Shown here: positions 63,744 to 64,000 of the stretch, piece after piece | Numbering within the stretch: position 1 is the stretch's first letter | How the letters are laid out: each line of letters starts with the position of its first letter | Assembly (NCBI GenBank): GCA_041619515.1 | Contig: JBFKDW010000005.1 | Span: 2,323-66,322, forward strand | Length of the DNA: 64,000 bases | DNA from: Acidimicrobiia bacterium | Lineage (GTDB): Bacteria; Actinomycetota; Acidimicrobiia; Spongiisociales; SHLN01 | Reading direction: 5' to 3' | Translations under genes and position numbers: made by a program | Notes under the pieces: generated by a model | Seen by the model: only the letters and a program-made list of their open reading frames with translations | Database searches by the model: none | What the model was told of the DNA's origin: nothing

Positions 63744-64000
63744 CTACCGGCGCGATGAGTACTCGATGAGCGCGTGCATGTAGTTGCTGCGCTCAAACGC
63801 GCTCGGGTCGGGGCTGGAGCGCTGGCTGAGGCTGCCACGGGCCTGATCGAGGGACACGTAGTCCCGCTCCTCCAGCCACCGGGTGACTCCGGCCAGCACC
63901 TCGGTTATGTGGGCGGGGCCGTTCTTCAACAAGGCTGAGGCCATCATCGTGACGTCGGCTCCAGCCAGCACCAGCTTCAGCACGTCCTCGGCCGTGTGGA
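63744..64000 (-). CDS. Dihydroorotate dehydrogenase-like protein, C-terminal part (5' end beyond the window)
   Basis: [26 protein letters not shown]...[20 protein letters not shown] is typical of the DHOD-like subfamily C-terminus. Confidence 0.8.
   Translation of the reverse strand, partial: HTAEDVLKLVLAGADVTMMASALLKNGPAHITEVLAGVTRWLEERDYVSLDQARGSLSQRSSPDPSAFERSNYMHALIEYSSRR

Noticed and set aside
1-64000. tRNA, rRNA, IS/integrase, prophage or anti-phage defence genes
   Set aside because: None recognised by eye; intergenic gaps are short and show no cloverleaf or T-loop signature. tRNAscan-SE/Infernal and DefenseFinder runs would confirm.

Overview
High-GC bacterial chromosome segment (about 67-70% GC by eye, not computed), densely coding. 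It looks actinobacterial, most likely Acidimicrobiia: F420-dependent LLM and DDN enzymes, DUF4012, DUF4395, DUF2277, PGPGW protein, a DtxR-family regulator and many Thr-linker lipoproteins. No rRNA, tRNA, transposase, integrase, phage or cas genes were recognised. Main modules: (1) glyoxylate/gluconeogenesis cluster aceB-aceA-glpX with a divergent RamB/PrpR-type regulator; (2) a complete but dispersed methionine pathway (metF, metZ, metH, metX); (3) a DEAD-box helicase plus RRM protein preceded by a hierarchical palindromic tandem repeat; (4) an MBOAT/SGNH O-acylation pair; (5) DrrAB-type, Fe3+-type and NatAB-type ABC systems, with a DtxR-family regulator and candidate operators; (6) a secreted 1070-aa protein with FG-GAP-like repeats, a G8 domain and a CEMIP/TMEM2-like beta-helix. 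The most striking non-coding signal is the divergent metZ/metH intergenic region. It holds a SAM-I riboswitch apparently lacking P4, an 8-codon uORF coupled to the metH start, and, on the other strand, a near-consensus sigma70 promoter firing into a leaderless Met/Cys-rich 26-codon ORF with alternative RNA pairings. That ORF is a candidate sulfur-amino-acid-sensing attenuator of metZ. All family calls come from motif recognition; no database search was run.
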